Below the pieces are notes generated by a model. That model made no database searches, was not told where the DNA came from, and saw only the letters and a list, made by a program, of their open reading frames with translations. This document shows, in pieces, positions 9,609 through 18,082 of a stretch of 64,000 nt of DNA; positions within the stretch are counted from its first letter, which is position 1; each line of letters starts with the position of its first letter. Location: NCBI GenBank assembly GCA_964467775.1, contig CAYXUD010000112.1, forward strand, positions 334 to 64,333, in the 5' to 3' direction. This stretch comes from an uncultured Bacteroides sp. Its GTDB lineage: Bacteria; Bacteroidota; Bacteroidia; Bacteroidales; GCA-2748055. The position numbers were made by a program, and so were the translations under genes.

Positions 9609-10484
9609 ATGAGCCAGATAATGAAAAGTAAAATAAATATACTGCACAATAGACTATCCTCTGTAATGATACCCGCACTTATTTTCGTGTGTTGTATAGA
9701 AGCCATTGCAGCATCGCATCCGGGACTGCGTGTGGCTATGGCTCAAATAGATATTATGGACGGGAATCTCGAAGAAAATATGAAACGTGCAGAAAAGAGC
9801 ATCCGGGAAGCGGCAGGGTTAGATGCCGATATGGTTTGCTTACCAGAAGCTGCTGATTTAGGCTGGCTCTGCCAGCAAGCGCGCAGGGATGCACTTCCAA
9901 TACCCGGCAAATACACCGACTTTCTCTCCTGCCTTGCGAAAGAACTCAACATCTGGATATCCGCCGGATGTCTCGAAAAAGACGGTAAAAGCACCTACAA
10001 CTCTGCTGTTATTATCGATAGAACGGGCAATATTGTGCTCAGGCACCGGAAGATCAAAACCCTCTCAAGTCTTACAGCACACCTCTATGATCGCGGAAGC
10101 ACGGACAATATTGATGTGGTCAATACCGAGTTTGGTACTATCGGGCTCACCATATGTGCCGACAATTTTGACATCGAAAATCCTGAAAAGGTCGCAGCTC
10201 TTGGAGCCTGGCTGCTGATCACTCCACATGGTTTTGCGGCTAAAGTTGATGATCTGGAAAACAACGCAGTCGAATATATGAACCATATAAAAGGCCTGGC
10301 TGCCAAAACGAAGCTCTGGGTGGTAGGCACCAACTCATGCCTTTCGCTGATTACAGGCGGCGAATGGGAAGGCTATCAACATAGCGGTTGCTCGACAATT
10401 GCTGATTCGGAAGGTAAAGTAGTAGCAATCGGCAAGTTTAAAGAGCCAGATTTAGTAATCTATAACATTCCTTCAGAGCAATAG
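9609..10484 (+). CDS. Carbon-nitrogen hydrolase (nitrilase superfamily) with a signal-peptide-like N terminus
   Basis: Glu-Lys-Cys triad motifs VCLPEAAD, LRHRKIK and GLTICAD. The N-terminal hydrophobic stretch VMIPALIFVCCIEAIAAS precedes the domain. Confidence 0.8.
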   Translation: MSQIMKSKINILHNRLSSVMIPALIFVCCIEAIAASHPGLRVAMAQIDIMDGNLEENMKRAEKSIREAAGLDADMVCLPEAADLGWLCQQARRDALPIPGKYTDFLSCLAKELNIWISAGCLEKDGKSTYNSAVIIDRTGNIVLRHRKIKTLSSLTAHLYDRGSTDNIDVVNTEFGTIGLTICADNFDIENPEKVAALGAWLLITPHGFAAKVDDLENNAVEYMNHIKGLAAKTKLWVVGTNSCLSLITGGEWEGYQHSGCSTIADSEGKVVAIGKFKEPDLVIYNIPSEQ

Positions 10485-10662
10485 CCAATGAAGTCATATA
10501 TTGTTTCTGTTATGAGCGCTGGGTGGATAATGACAAATATCATTATGGGGACAAACTTATGGCTGGGTTCTAAACGTTCATCTAACCATCATAAATCATA
10601 GAACCTGACGATGTATTGACTATCCAGCAAAAATCCATCAAGCAGAAATAATGGCCTAAACT

Positions 10663-12021
10663 ATGTCAGCGCTCTATATCATTTTTATCCTCTTTTTCGG
10701 AGTTTCTGTGTTATTGCTGATGATCTTGAGGCTAAAACTCAGTGCATTTATCTCTCTTCTGATAACCTCGATAATTGTTGGAATTTTGGCGGGTATGCCT
10801 CTTTCAGGGATTTCAGACAGCATACAGCAGGGAATGGGGGGGACCCTGGGCTTTATTGCAACTGTCGTGGGACTTGGTGCTATTTTCGGGCAGATGCTTG
10901 AAAGCTCGGGTGGTGCAAAATCACTGGCTCATTATCTGCTTAATAAATTCGGCCAGGGCAAAACTTCCTGGGCACTGATGATAACAGGATTAATCGTAGG
11001 CATCCCGGTTTTTTTTGATGTCGCGTTTATTATCATAATACCCATTGTCTATGCGCTCACAAGAGATACCAAACACTCGATTTTATATTATGCCATTCCG
11101 TTGCTTGCAGGACTTCTTGCCACCCATGCAATGGTGCCACCAACACCTGGTTCAATGGCAGTTGCTGAGATTCTGGATGTCGACCTCGGATGGGTGATTC
11201 TATTTGGACTGATCATCGCAATTCCTTCAACAGTGATTGCCGGGCCATTATTTGGACGTTATATTTCAAAAAAGATCTATGTTCCAGCCCCTCCTGAACT
11301 GTTTGAAACAGATATTGAATTAAATAGATCTTCTCAGAAACCGCCCTCTTTTGGAATAGTAGCTATCATTATTGCTGCACCATTACTTTTAATCCTGATG
11401 AGCACATTTATTAATGTAGGAATTAAAAGCGGCAAAATTGAAATGAATCTATTCGTTGATATTCTCACTTTTATTGGCCATCCTTTCACTGCTCTGATAA
11501 TTGCCACATTGATGTCAATCATTCTATGCATTAGAAGCAAGATGCCACGACAGGCCATCCTTGATCTCAGTACAAAAGCACTTGGCCCGGCGGGAATTAT
11601 TATTCTAGTCACTGGAGCCGGCGGGGTTTTGAAGCAGATACTCATCGATAGTGGAATCGGCAAAATTCTGGCCGAATCAATAGCTGAATCATCCATACCG
11701 CTGATAGTACTGTCCTGGTCACTATCGGCGCTTGTCAGAATCACCCAGGGATCCGCTACAGTTGCAATGATAACAGCGGCTGGTATAATGGCACCCATCC
11801 TGTCAGTATTTGACATGGCTCAACCACAAACGGCATTGATCGTCATTGCCATTGCATCTGGTGCTACCATTCTTTCACACGTAAATGACAGCGGATTCTG
11901 GATTGTCAGTAAGTACTTAGGAATGAATGAAAAAAGAACATTGCAATCATGGACCGTGATGAGTACTATCATTGCTTTATGCGGGCTAGGCTTTACTCTG
12001 CTGGCAAGTAGTATCATTTAA
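10663..12021 (+). CDS. GntP-family gluconate/sugar-acid:H+ symporter
   Basis: 452-aa polytopic protein with typical GntP N-terminal sequence (SDSIQQGMGGTLGFIATVVGLGAIFGQMLESSGGAKSLA). Confidence 0.85.
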   Translation: MSALYIIFILFFGVSVLLLMILRLKLSAFISLLITSIIVGILAGMPLSGISDSIQQGMGGTLGFIATVVGLGAIFGQMLESSGGAKSLAHYLLNKFGQGKTSWALMITGLIVGIPVFFDVAFIIIIPIVYALTRDTKHSILYYAIPLLAGLLATHAMVPPTPGSMAVAEILDVDLGWVILFGLIIAIPSTVIAGPLFGRYISKKIYVPAPPELFETDIELNRSSQKPPSFGIVAIIIAAPLLLILMSTFINVGIKSGKIEMNLFVDILTFIGHPFTALIIATLMSIILCIRSKMPRQAILDLSTKALGPAGIIILVTGAGGVLKQILIDSGIGKILAESIAESSIPLIVLSWSLSALVRITQGSATVAMITAAGIMAPILSVFDMAQPQTALIVIAIASGATILSHVNDSGFWIVSKYLGMNEKRTLQSWTVMSTIIALCGLGFTLLASSII

Positions 12022-12052
12022 GGTTTGAAATTTGAAAATATAATACATAAGT

Positions 12053-13591
12053 ATGATGAAAAAAATCTCCTCTGAAGACTGGACGAGGCTCCTGATCACT
12101 GCATTAAGAGTGGCAATTGGCTGGCATTTTCTGTATGAAGGAATCTCAAAACTTGTTATTCAGGATTGGAGTTCATATTCATTCCTGGCCAATACAACAG
12201 GTCCTCTCTCCGGTTTTTATCACTGGTTAGCATCGTCAGCAGGCATTCTGAAGGTGGTGGATATATTTAATATATGGGGCTTAATATTGATCGGCGCAGG
12301 CTTGTTTATAGGATTGTTTTCTCGGTTTGCTGCGGTTGCCGGGACCTTATTATTAGCTCTTTACTATTTTGCCTATCCTCCTTTTGGTAACTCATTGTTT
12401 TATTTTGGAGAAGGCCATCTTTTCATCGTAGACAAGATCTTCATTGAAGGAATGGTTTTGTTATTTATTGCTTTCTCCAAAGAGAAGGGATTCAGTTTAG
12501 ATTCTTTGATCGATCTGATAAAGAAAACTAAGTTAAAATCAGATTCTCAAAAAGAAAATGGGTCGCCATTTTCTGACTCACGACGCGAAGCTCTGAAAAA
12601 CATCTCCATAATACCCTTTCTTGGATTGATGGGATGGGGGGCTATCATAAACAATAAAAAGGGCAATATTGATGTGATGTCAGGTGCTACAATTCAGTTA
12701 AACAAGTTAGCGCTGGGTGAATTGAAGGGATCATTGGAAAAAGGAAAGATAGGGGAGCATGAGATCAGTCGTTTGGTTTTAGGCAGCAATCTTATAGGAG
12801 GATATGCACATTCACGCGATCTGCTCTATGTCCCCTCATTATTCAAAGCATATAATACCGAGAAGAAAATATACGAAACATTCATTCTTGCAGAGAAAGC
12901 CGGCATCAACGCCATAAATATTGATTTCGGTTCTAATGAACTACTGGCAAAATACAAAAGGATGACGGGAAGCAACATCAAGGTTATATCGCAGGTGGGT
13001 CCTAACATGGATAAGAATGATTACTATGAATTCATTAACAAGGCAATTGATTTTGGTGCAGATATTATTCAGATCCAAGGCAACTGGTGCGACTGGCTTG
13101 TAAGAGATAATAAGATAGACGTCATTCAGAAAATGATGGATAAAATCAGGAGCCAGCATTATATAGCTGGGCTGGCTGCTCATTCGATTGAGTCGATGCT
13201 CATCTGTGAAGAGAATGGTATTATCCCTGATTACTACATGAAAACCATGCACCACGATCAATACTGGTCGGCTCACCCACGGGAAAACCGCTTCCCTTTT
13301 GAGGTCGATGGGGAAGTATACCTTGACCACAACAGGTTTCATGATAATATGTTCTGCCTTGCTCCTGAAAAAACAGTTGAATTTGTGAACAGGGCCAAGG
13401 TCCCGGTCATGGGTTATAAGGTCCTTGCAGCCGGTGCCATTAAGCCGGATGATGGTTTTAAATGGGCTTTCGAGAATGGCGCTGACTTTATCTGTGTAGG
13501 TATGTTCGACTTTCAGATTGTGGAAGATGTGAATATCTGCATTGAATCACTCAATAATCTAATTACCAGGAAGCGCGAATGGTATGGATAA
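12053..13591 (+). CDS. Fusion protein: N-terminal DoxX membrane domain, internal twin-arginine-like motif plus TM helix, and a C-terminal domain of about 300 aa with unknown function
   Basis: The DoxX signature LRVAIGWHFLYEGISKL...NIWGLILIGAGLFIGLF is paralogous to the stand-alone DoxX at 17590. This is followed by SRREALKNISIIPFLGLMGWGAI (nt 12578 onward) and DVMSGATIQ. I do not recognise the C-terminal domain (GSNLIGGYAHSRD...GADIIQIQG...). Confidence 0.7.
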   Translation: MMKKISSEDWTRLLITALRVAIGWHFLYEGISKLVIQDWSSYSFLANTTGPLSGFYHWLASSAGILKVVDIFNIWGLILIGAGLFIGLFSRFAAVAGTLLLALYYFAYPPFGNSLFYFGEGHLFIVDKIFIEGMVLLFIAFSKEKGFSLDSLIDLIKKTKLKSDSQKENGSPFSDSRREALKNISIIPFLGLMGWGAIINNKKGNIDVMSGATIQLNKLALGELKGSLEKGKIGEHEISRLVLGSNLIGGYAHSRDLLYVPSLFKAYNTEKKIYETFILAEKAGINAINIDFGSNELLAKYKRMTGSNIKVISQVGPNMDKNDYYEFINKAIDFGADIIQIQGNWCDWLVRDNKIDVIQKMMDKIRSQHYIAGLAAHSIESMLICEENGIIPDYYMKTMHHDQYWSAHPRENRFPFEVDGEVYLDHNRFHDNMFCLAPEKTVEFVNRAKVPVMGYKVLAAGAIKPDDGFKWAFENGADFICVGMFDFQIVEDVNICIESLNNLITRKREWYG

Positions 13592-14546
13592 CAAAGCTAA
13601 GATTGGACATATCTATTCATTGAAACGAATGAAAAAAAAATACCTGAAACTGATCTGTAACCAAAAAATGGGATCTGTAGTCTTGGTTTTTTTCGCGATA
13701 GTTGCCAGCGGTTTTAACATAAATCAGGAAATGAGGTATGATGCACAAAATGGGCAAAACGATGAAGATATACGAAAGACTCTGAAAGTTGCCGGAGTAA
13801 AATCACTGGTTTCTAATGATATCAATACAAATGTTGAAGCATTGAAAAAGGCAATAGATTTTGCACAACGGGAAAAGGCCGATATACTGATAACTCCTGA
13901 AGGTTCACTGAGCGGGTATAATTCTGATTTTAATCAGATCGAATTAAACAAAGCACTGGAAGAGATAGTCCATTATGCCTCATTGGCAAAGGTAGGATTG
14001 GCACTGGGCACCTGTTTTTCAGAGGAGGATAATCAATGTTACAACCAGATAAGGTTTTATGACAAAGAAGGCAGGTTTCTTGGATTTCATAGCAAGATAC
14101 TCCGCTGTGGCAATCTTGATGATCCTAAAAAAGGAGAAATCAATATTTATGCTTCAACACCTTTAAGGACATTCGTGTTCGAAGATATAATTATTGGCGG
14201 ATTGATATGTAACGATATGTGGGCAAATCCTGAATGTACAACCTTACCAGATACACATTTAAGTCAACAGCTTTCTAAAATGGGAGCAAGGATTATTTTT
14301 CATGCTGTAAACGGAAGCCGTGATGAAAGTGAATGGTCATCTGTTGTAAACTGGAATTATCATGATTCCAATTTACGTATGAGAGCCAGTGCAGGAAATG
14401 TCTGGATTGTAACCGCTGATAATTCATTCCCCGCACATATAAAAAGTTCAGCTCCCTCCGGAGTCTTAGGCCCGGGAGGGAACTGGGTTTGTACCACTGA
14501 AGAAAAAGGTGTCCAATATTTCTCAACTACTATTGAATTAAAATAA
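13584..14546 (+). CDS. Carbon-nitrogen hydrolase (nitrilase superfamily), second copy, with a signal-peptide-like N terminus
   Basis: Triad motifs ILITPEGSLSGY, GFHSKILR and GGLICNDMW. The ATG at 13629 (MKKKYLKLICNQKMGSVVLVFFAIVASG) is a plausible alternative start. The 13584 start overlaps the upstream gene by 8 nt. Confidence 0.8.
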   Translation: MDNKAKIGHIYSLKRMKKKYLKLICNQKMGSVVLVFFAIVASGFNINQEMRYDAQNGQNDEDIRKTLKVAGVKSLVSNDINTNVEALKKAIDFAQREKADILITPEGSLSGYNSDFNQIELNKALEEIVHYASLAKVGLALGTCFSEEDNQCYNQIRFYDKEGRFLGFHSKILRCGNLDDPKKGEINIYASTPLRTFVFEDIIIGGLICNDMWANPECTTLPDTHLSQQLSKMGARIIFHAVNGSRDESEWSSVVNWNYHDSNLRMRASAGNVWIVTADNSFPAHIKSSAPSGVLGPGGNWVCTTEEKGVQYFSTTIELK

Positions 14547-14564
14547 AAACTAAAATTAACCAAC

Positions 14565-15470
14565 ATGAAAACTTCACGGAGAAATTTTCTCAAGACCGGC
14601 GGCCTGGCACTGGCAGGGACCTCGTTACTTTCAAAAACAGGATATGCTGCTCCTTCGGTCAGTCGGACAACCACTCTGGCTGTTCAGCTTTACTGCGTAC
14701 GCAATGAGATGCAGGAGGACCCGCTGGAATCACTCAGACAACTGGCAAACATGGGGTTTACTCATGTTGAGCATGCTGATTATGTGAACCATCAATTTTA
14801 TGGCTGGAATGCCAAAGAGTTCAAAAAAGTGCTTGCTGACCTTGGTTTGAAGATGCCGTCCGGGCACACTGTTCTGAGCCTGAATCATTGGGATAAAACC
14901 AGAGGAGATTTTACCGATGAATGGAAAGAACTGATTGATGATGCCGCCTATATGGGGCAGGAGTATGTGATCAGTCCCTACATGGAGAGAGATGTATACA
15001 GCACCTATGACAATTTTATATGGTTCATGGATATATTCAACAAAAGCGGTGAATTATGCCAGAAACATGGAATGAGATTCGGGTACCATAATCACGATTT
15101 TGAATTCAGTGAGACGCTTAAAGGAAAAACGCTCTGGGATCTGATCATGAATAATACCGATGCCGACAAGGTTGTGATGCAGCTTGACATCGGAAATATG
15201 TATTTAGCCGGTGCAAAAGCTAAAGACGTGCTCGCAAGGTATCCTGGAAGGTATGATAACATTCACGTGAAGGATGAGATGAGAAAAGAAGACGGGGAAT
15301 ACGAAAGTTGTATTCTTGGCAAAGGAGTGATTGAAGTAAGAAAGACTATTGACCTTGCAAGAGAGCAAGGGACCACCCTCTTTATCATTGAACAGGAGTC
15401 ATACCAGGGCAAAACTCCCATGGAAAGCATGAAAGAGAACCTTGATATTATGCAATCCTGGGGATACTGA
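14565..15470 (+). CDS. Xylose-isomerase-like TIM-barrel protein (sugar phosphate isomerase/epimerase family) with a TAT signal
   Basis: Twin-arginine signal TSRRNFLKTGGLALAGTS. Family-typical motifs FTHVEH, GYHNHDFEF and FIIEQE. Confidence 0.8.
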   Translation: MKTSRRNFLKTGGLALAGTSLLSKTGYAAPSVSRTTTLAVQLYCVRNEMQEDPLESLRQLANMGFTHVEHADYVNHQFYGWNAKEFKKVLADLGLKMPSGHTVLSLNHWDKTRGDFTDEWKELIDDAAYMGQEYVISPYMERDVYSTYDNFIWFMDIFNKSGELCQKHGMRFGYHNHDFEFSETLKGKTLWDLIMNNTDADKVVMQLDIGNMYLAGAKAKDVLARYPGRYDNIHVKDEMRKEDGEYESCILGKGVIEVRKTIDLAREQGTTLFIIEQESYQGKTPMESMKENLDIMQSWGY

Positions 15471-15548
15471 GAATATATCAGTGTGATGGCATAGACTGGT
15501 TGCAATGAGCACGGCTTACCAGACAAGTTATCAATAATTTACAATAGA

Positions 15549-16451
15549 ATGGAGCAACTTCATATATCAAACAGATTGGATTCAATGCCTTTGGGTTTAA
15601 ATGTTTCCGGAGCGGGAGAAAAGTTAGTCACGGCAGGCGATCTTCAAAAATATTTACGGGATCTATGTCCCTTTGAAGAATCTTCGGTTGATACTATTAT
15701 TATCGGGAATCCTGATACAAAAATCAACAAGGCCGGGACTGTCTGGACTCCTTATTTTGAAACTCTGAAAAAAGCCGTCAGCCAGGATATTAATGTGTTA
15801 ATTGTGTATGGCTCGACATTTTATACCGATAAGGATCCTGAAGACCTCGAGAGAGAAGGTCAGACATATTTTAAAAATATGCCATCCCCTGCAAAAGAAC
15901 AATATCTCGAGGCCCTTGAAAAAAAGAAAAGATGGATTGAAAGCAACGGACTGGTGATTATCCGCAGTTACGATGTTCCAAGAATGATCAGTGTCCCTTT
16001 TGGTTTAGGGCAAAAATTGGGTCTTAATAGTGAAGATATTATCCGATCAAAAGACTATTATCATGTTTATCAGGTTGAGACAGATACTGCGGCAAATATT
16101 ACAAGAAAAATTGCCTCCAGGCTTAAGGATATAGATCAGCCGGGAGTTGCATTCTATGGTGACCCTTATAAACCCGTATCAACAATCGGGATTGGGTCAG
16201 GTGAGTATTGTGATCCCCGGGCATATGCTGAATTGAATCCCGATCTGTGCATTGGTGTTGATGATACCATCTGGACATGGCTCCAGACTGCTTATGCCAA
16301 GGACACCGGAAAGCCTTTGGTGGTGATAAATCAAGGAACATCCGAAGAGATGGGGATGCGGTTATTAAATGAGCATTTGCGCAGCCATATTCCATCAGTA
16401 GAATTTGTACATATCAATCAGGGTTGCGATTACAAATGGATTACTGCGTGA
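15549..16451 (+). CDS. Nif3-like (DUF34) paralog with substituted metal-ligand motifs and no TAT signal
   Basis: About three-quarters identical by eye to the downstream copy. It differs at the ligand motifs (VYGSTFY vs AHEPTFY, RSYDVPR vs RSHDVTD, INQGTSEE vs INHGTSEE), and its N terminus is non-hydrophobic. Confidence 0.6.
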   Translation: MEQLHISNRLDSMPLGLNVSGAGEKLVTAGDLQKYLRDLCPFEESSVDTIIIGNPDTKINKAGTVWTPYFETLKKAVSQDINVLIVYGSTFYTDKDPEDLEREGQTYFKNMPSPAKEQYLEALEKKKRWIESNGLVIIRSYDVPRMISVPFGLGQKLGLNSEDIIRSKDYYHVYQVETDTAANITRKIASRLKDIDQPGVAFYGDPYKPVSTIGIGSGEYCDPRAYAELNPDLCIGVDDTIWTWLQTAYAKDTGKPLVVINQGTSEEMGMRLLNEHLRSHIPSVEFVHINQGCDYKWITA

Positions 16452-16565
16452 TATACAAATTTCGTTACGCTGGAAGATCAATGGAAATTGTTGAGATATC
16501 GGGGAACAACTTTACAGGATTTGATATTTGAAGAGAAAAAATCCGTGTGATCAAAGAACAATAGC

Positions 16566-17474
16566 ATGAAAAGACGAGATTTTATTATAACAGCCGGATT
16601 GGCATCCATCTCCTTCAATTTTAGTGCTGTCAGTCCAAAAGAAGAGATAGTCACAGCTGCCGATCTTCAGAGGTTTTTGCGGGATTTATACCCTGTCGGG
16701 GAACCCTCGGTAGACCGAATCATTATCGGAAATCCTGACACCAGGATCAGAAAGGCCGGAACTGTCTGGACTCCTTATTTTGAGACTCTGAAAAAAGCTG
16801 TCAGCAAGGGCATCAATGTATTAATTGCTCATGAACCAACATTTTATATGCACTGGGATCTGGAAAATTTAACAGAGAAAGGCCAGGCATATTTTATTGA
16901 TACACCATCACCCGCAAAAGAACAGTATCTGGAGGCTCTTGAAAGAAAGAAAAGATGGATTGAAAGCAACGGATTGGTAATTATACGAAGTCACGACGTA
17001 ACTGATCTGATCTGCATTCCATTTGGTTTAGGACAGCAACTGGGCTTTAATAATGAAGATATTGTCCGGTCAAAAGACTATTATAATGTTTATCAGGTTG
17101 AAAAAGACACAGCGGCAAATATTGCCAGAAATATTGCGCTTAAACTTAGGGATCTGAATCAGCCGGGAGTTGCATTTTATGGCGATCCTGACAGAGCTGT
17201 ATCAACAGTCGGGCTTGGTACAGGATGTATTTGTGATCCAAGGGATTATGCTGAATTTAATCCCGATTTATGTATTGGTGTAGATGATACCATTAAAACA
17301 TGGCATCAGGCATACTTCGCCGAAGACACCGGAAAACCATTGGTGGTAATAAATCATGGAACCTCAGAAGAGATGGGAGTAAGATTGCTCAATGAACATT
17401 TGCGCAGGAATATTCCATCAATAGAATTTATACATATCAATCAGGGTTGCGATTATAAATGGATCACTGTATGA
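16566..17474 (+). CDS. Nif3-like (DUF34, dinuclear-metal-centre family) protein with a TAT-type signal
   Basis: MKRRDFIITAGLASISF. AHEP, SHDVTD (H-x3-D) and NHGTSEE (H-x3-E) follow the order of ligand motifs in YbgI/Nif3 (HH, H-x3-D, H-x3-E). Confidence 0.6.
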   Translation: MKRRDFIITAGLASISFNFSAVSPKEEIVTAADLQRFLRDLYPVGEPSVDRIIIGNPDTRIRKAGTVWTPYFETLKKAVSKGINVLIAHEPTFYMHWDLENLTEKGQAYFIDTPSPAKEQYLEALERKKRWIESNGLVIIRSHDVTDLICIPFGLGQQLGFNNEDIVRSKDYYNVYQVEKDTAANIARNIALKLRDLNQPGVAFYGDPDRAVSTVGLGTGCICDPRDYAEFNPDLCIGVDDTIKTWHQAYFAEDTGKPLVVINHGTSEEMGVRLLNEHLRRNIPSIEFIHINQGCDYKWITV

Positions 17475-17589
17475 TCTGTTGATGGCACATGCACGTATCA
17501 GTCAGAAAATGGAAAGAATCCGCAGATTCGCTAAAATGTCGATAAAAAAAGTAGGAAATATAATTCAAAACCAAGGTTGTTAACCTATA

Positions 17590-18078
17590 ATGAATATGAA
17601 CAATAACAATTATTCGTCCTGGCAATTCTGGTCGCTTGTGATCCTTCGAGTGGCTATCGGATGGCATTTGCTCTACGAAGGATTCATCAAGCTGGTGAAT
17701 CCTGATTGGTCCTCCCTTGGATACCTGATGGACTCGGAAGGATGGTTCGAAGGAATATTTCACTCCATGGCCAGCAATCCGGCGCTGCTCAATATGTTGG
17801 ATTTCTTGAATATATGGGGTTTGATACTGATCGGGGCCGGACTGATCCTGGGACTTTTTACCAGCGTTGCAGTCATCGCAGGAATGGTTCTGCTCGGATT
17901 TTACTATCTATCCCATCCTCCCCTTGCTGGTGTGTACTATGTGATTCCCAGTGAAGGGAATTACCTATGGGTAAATAAAAACCTGATCGAATTGCTGGCA
18001 CTCTGGGTAATACTCCTGTTTCCCACCTGGAAAACAGTAGGTATCGACCGGTTTATATTCAAAAAAGATAAGATCTAA
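17590..18078 (+). CDS. DoxX-family membrane protein
   Basis: LRVAIGWHLLYEGFIKL...NIWGLILIGAGLILGLF with four predicted TM helices. Ends 4 nt before the TAT oxidoreductase ORF. Confidence 0.85.
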   Translation: MNMNNNNYSSWQFWSLVILRVAIGWHLLYEGFIKLVNPDWSSLGYLMDSEGWFEGIFHSMASNPALLNMLDFLNIWGLILIGAGLILGLFTSVAVIAGMVLLGFYYLSHPPLAGVYYVIPSEGNYLWVNKNLIELLALWVILLFPTWKTVGIDRFIFKKDKI

Positions 18079-18082
18079 TCAT

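Noticed and set aside
17464-17763. A 99-aa minus-strand ORF bridging the Nif3-like and DoxX genes
   Set aside because: It overlaps the ends of two supported + strand genes and has no motifs.
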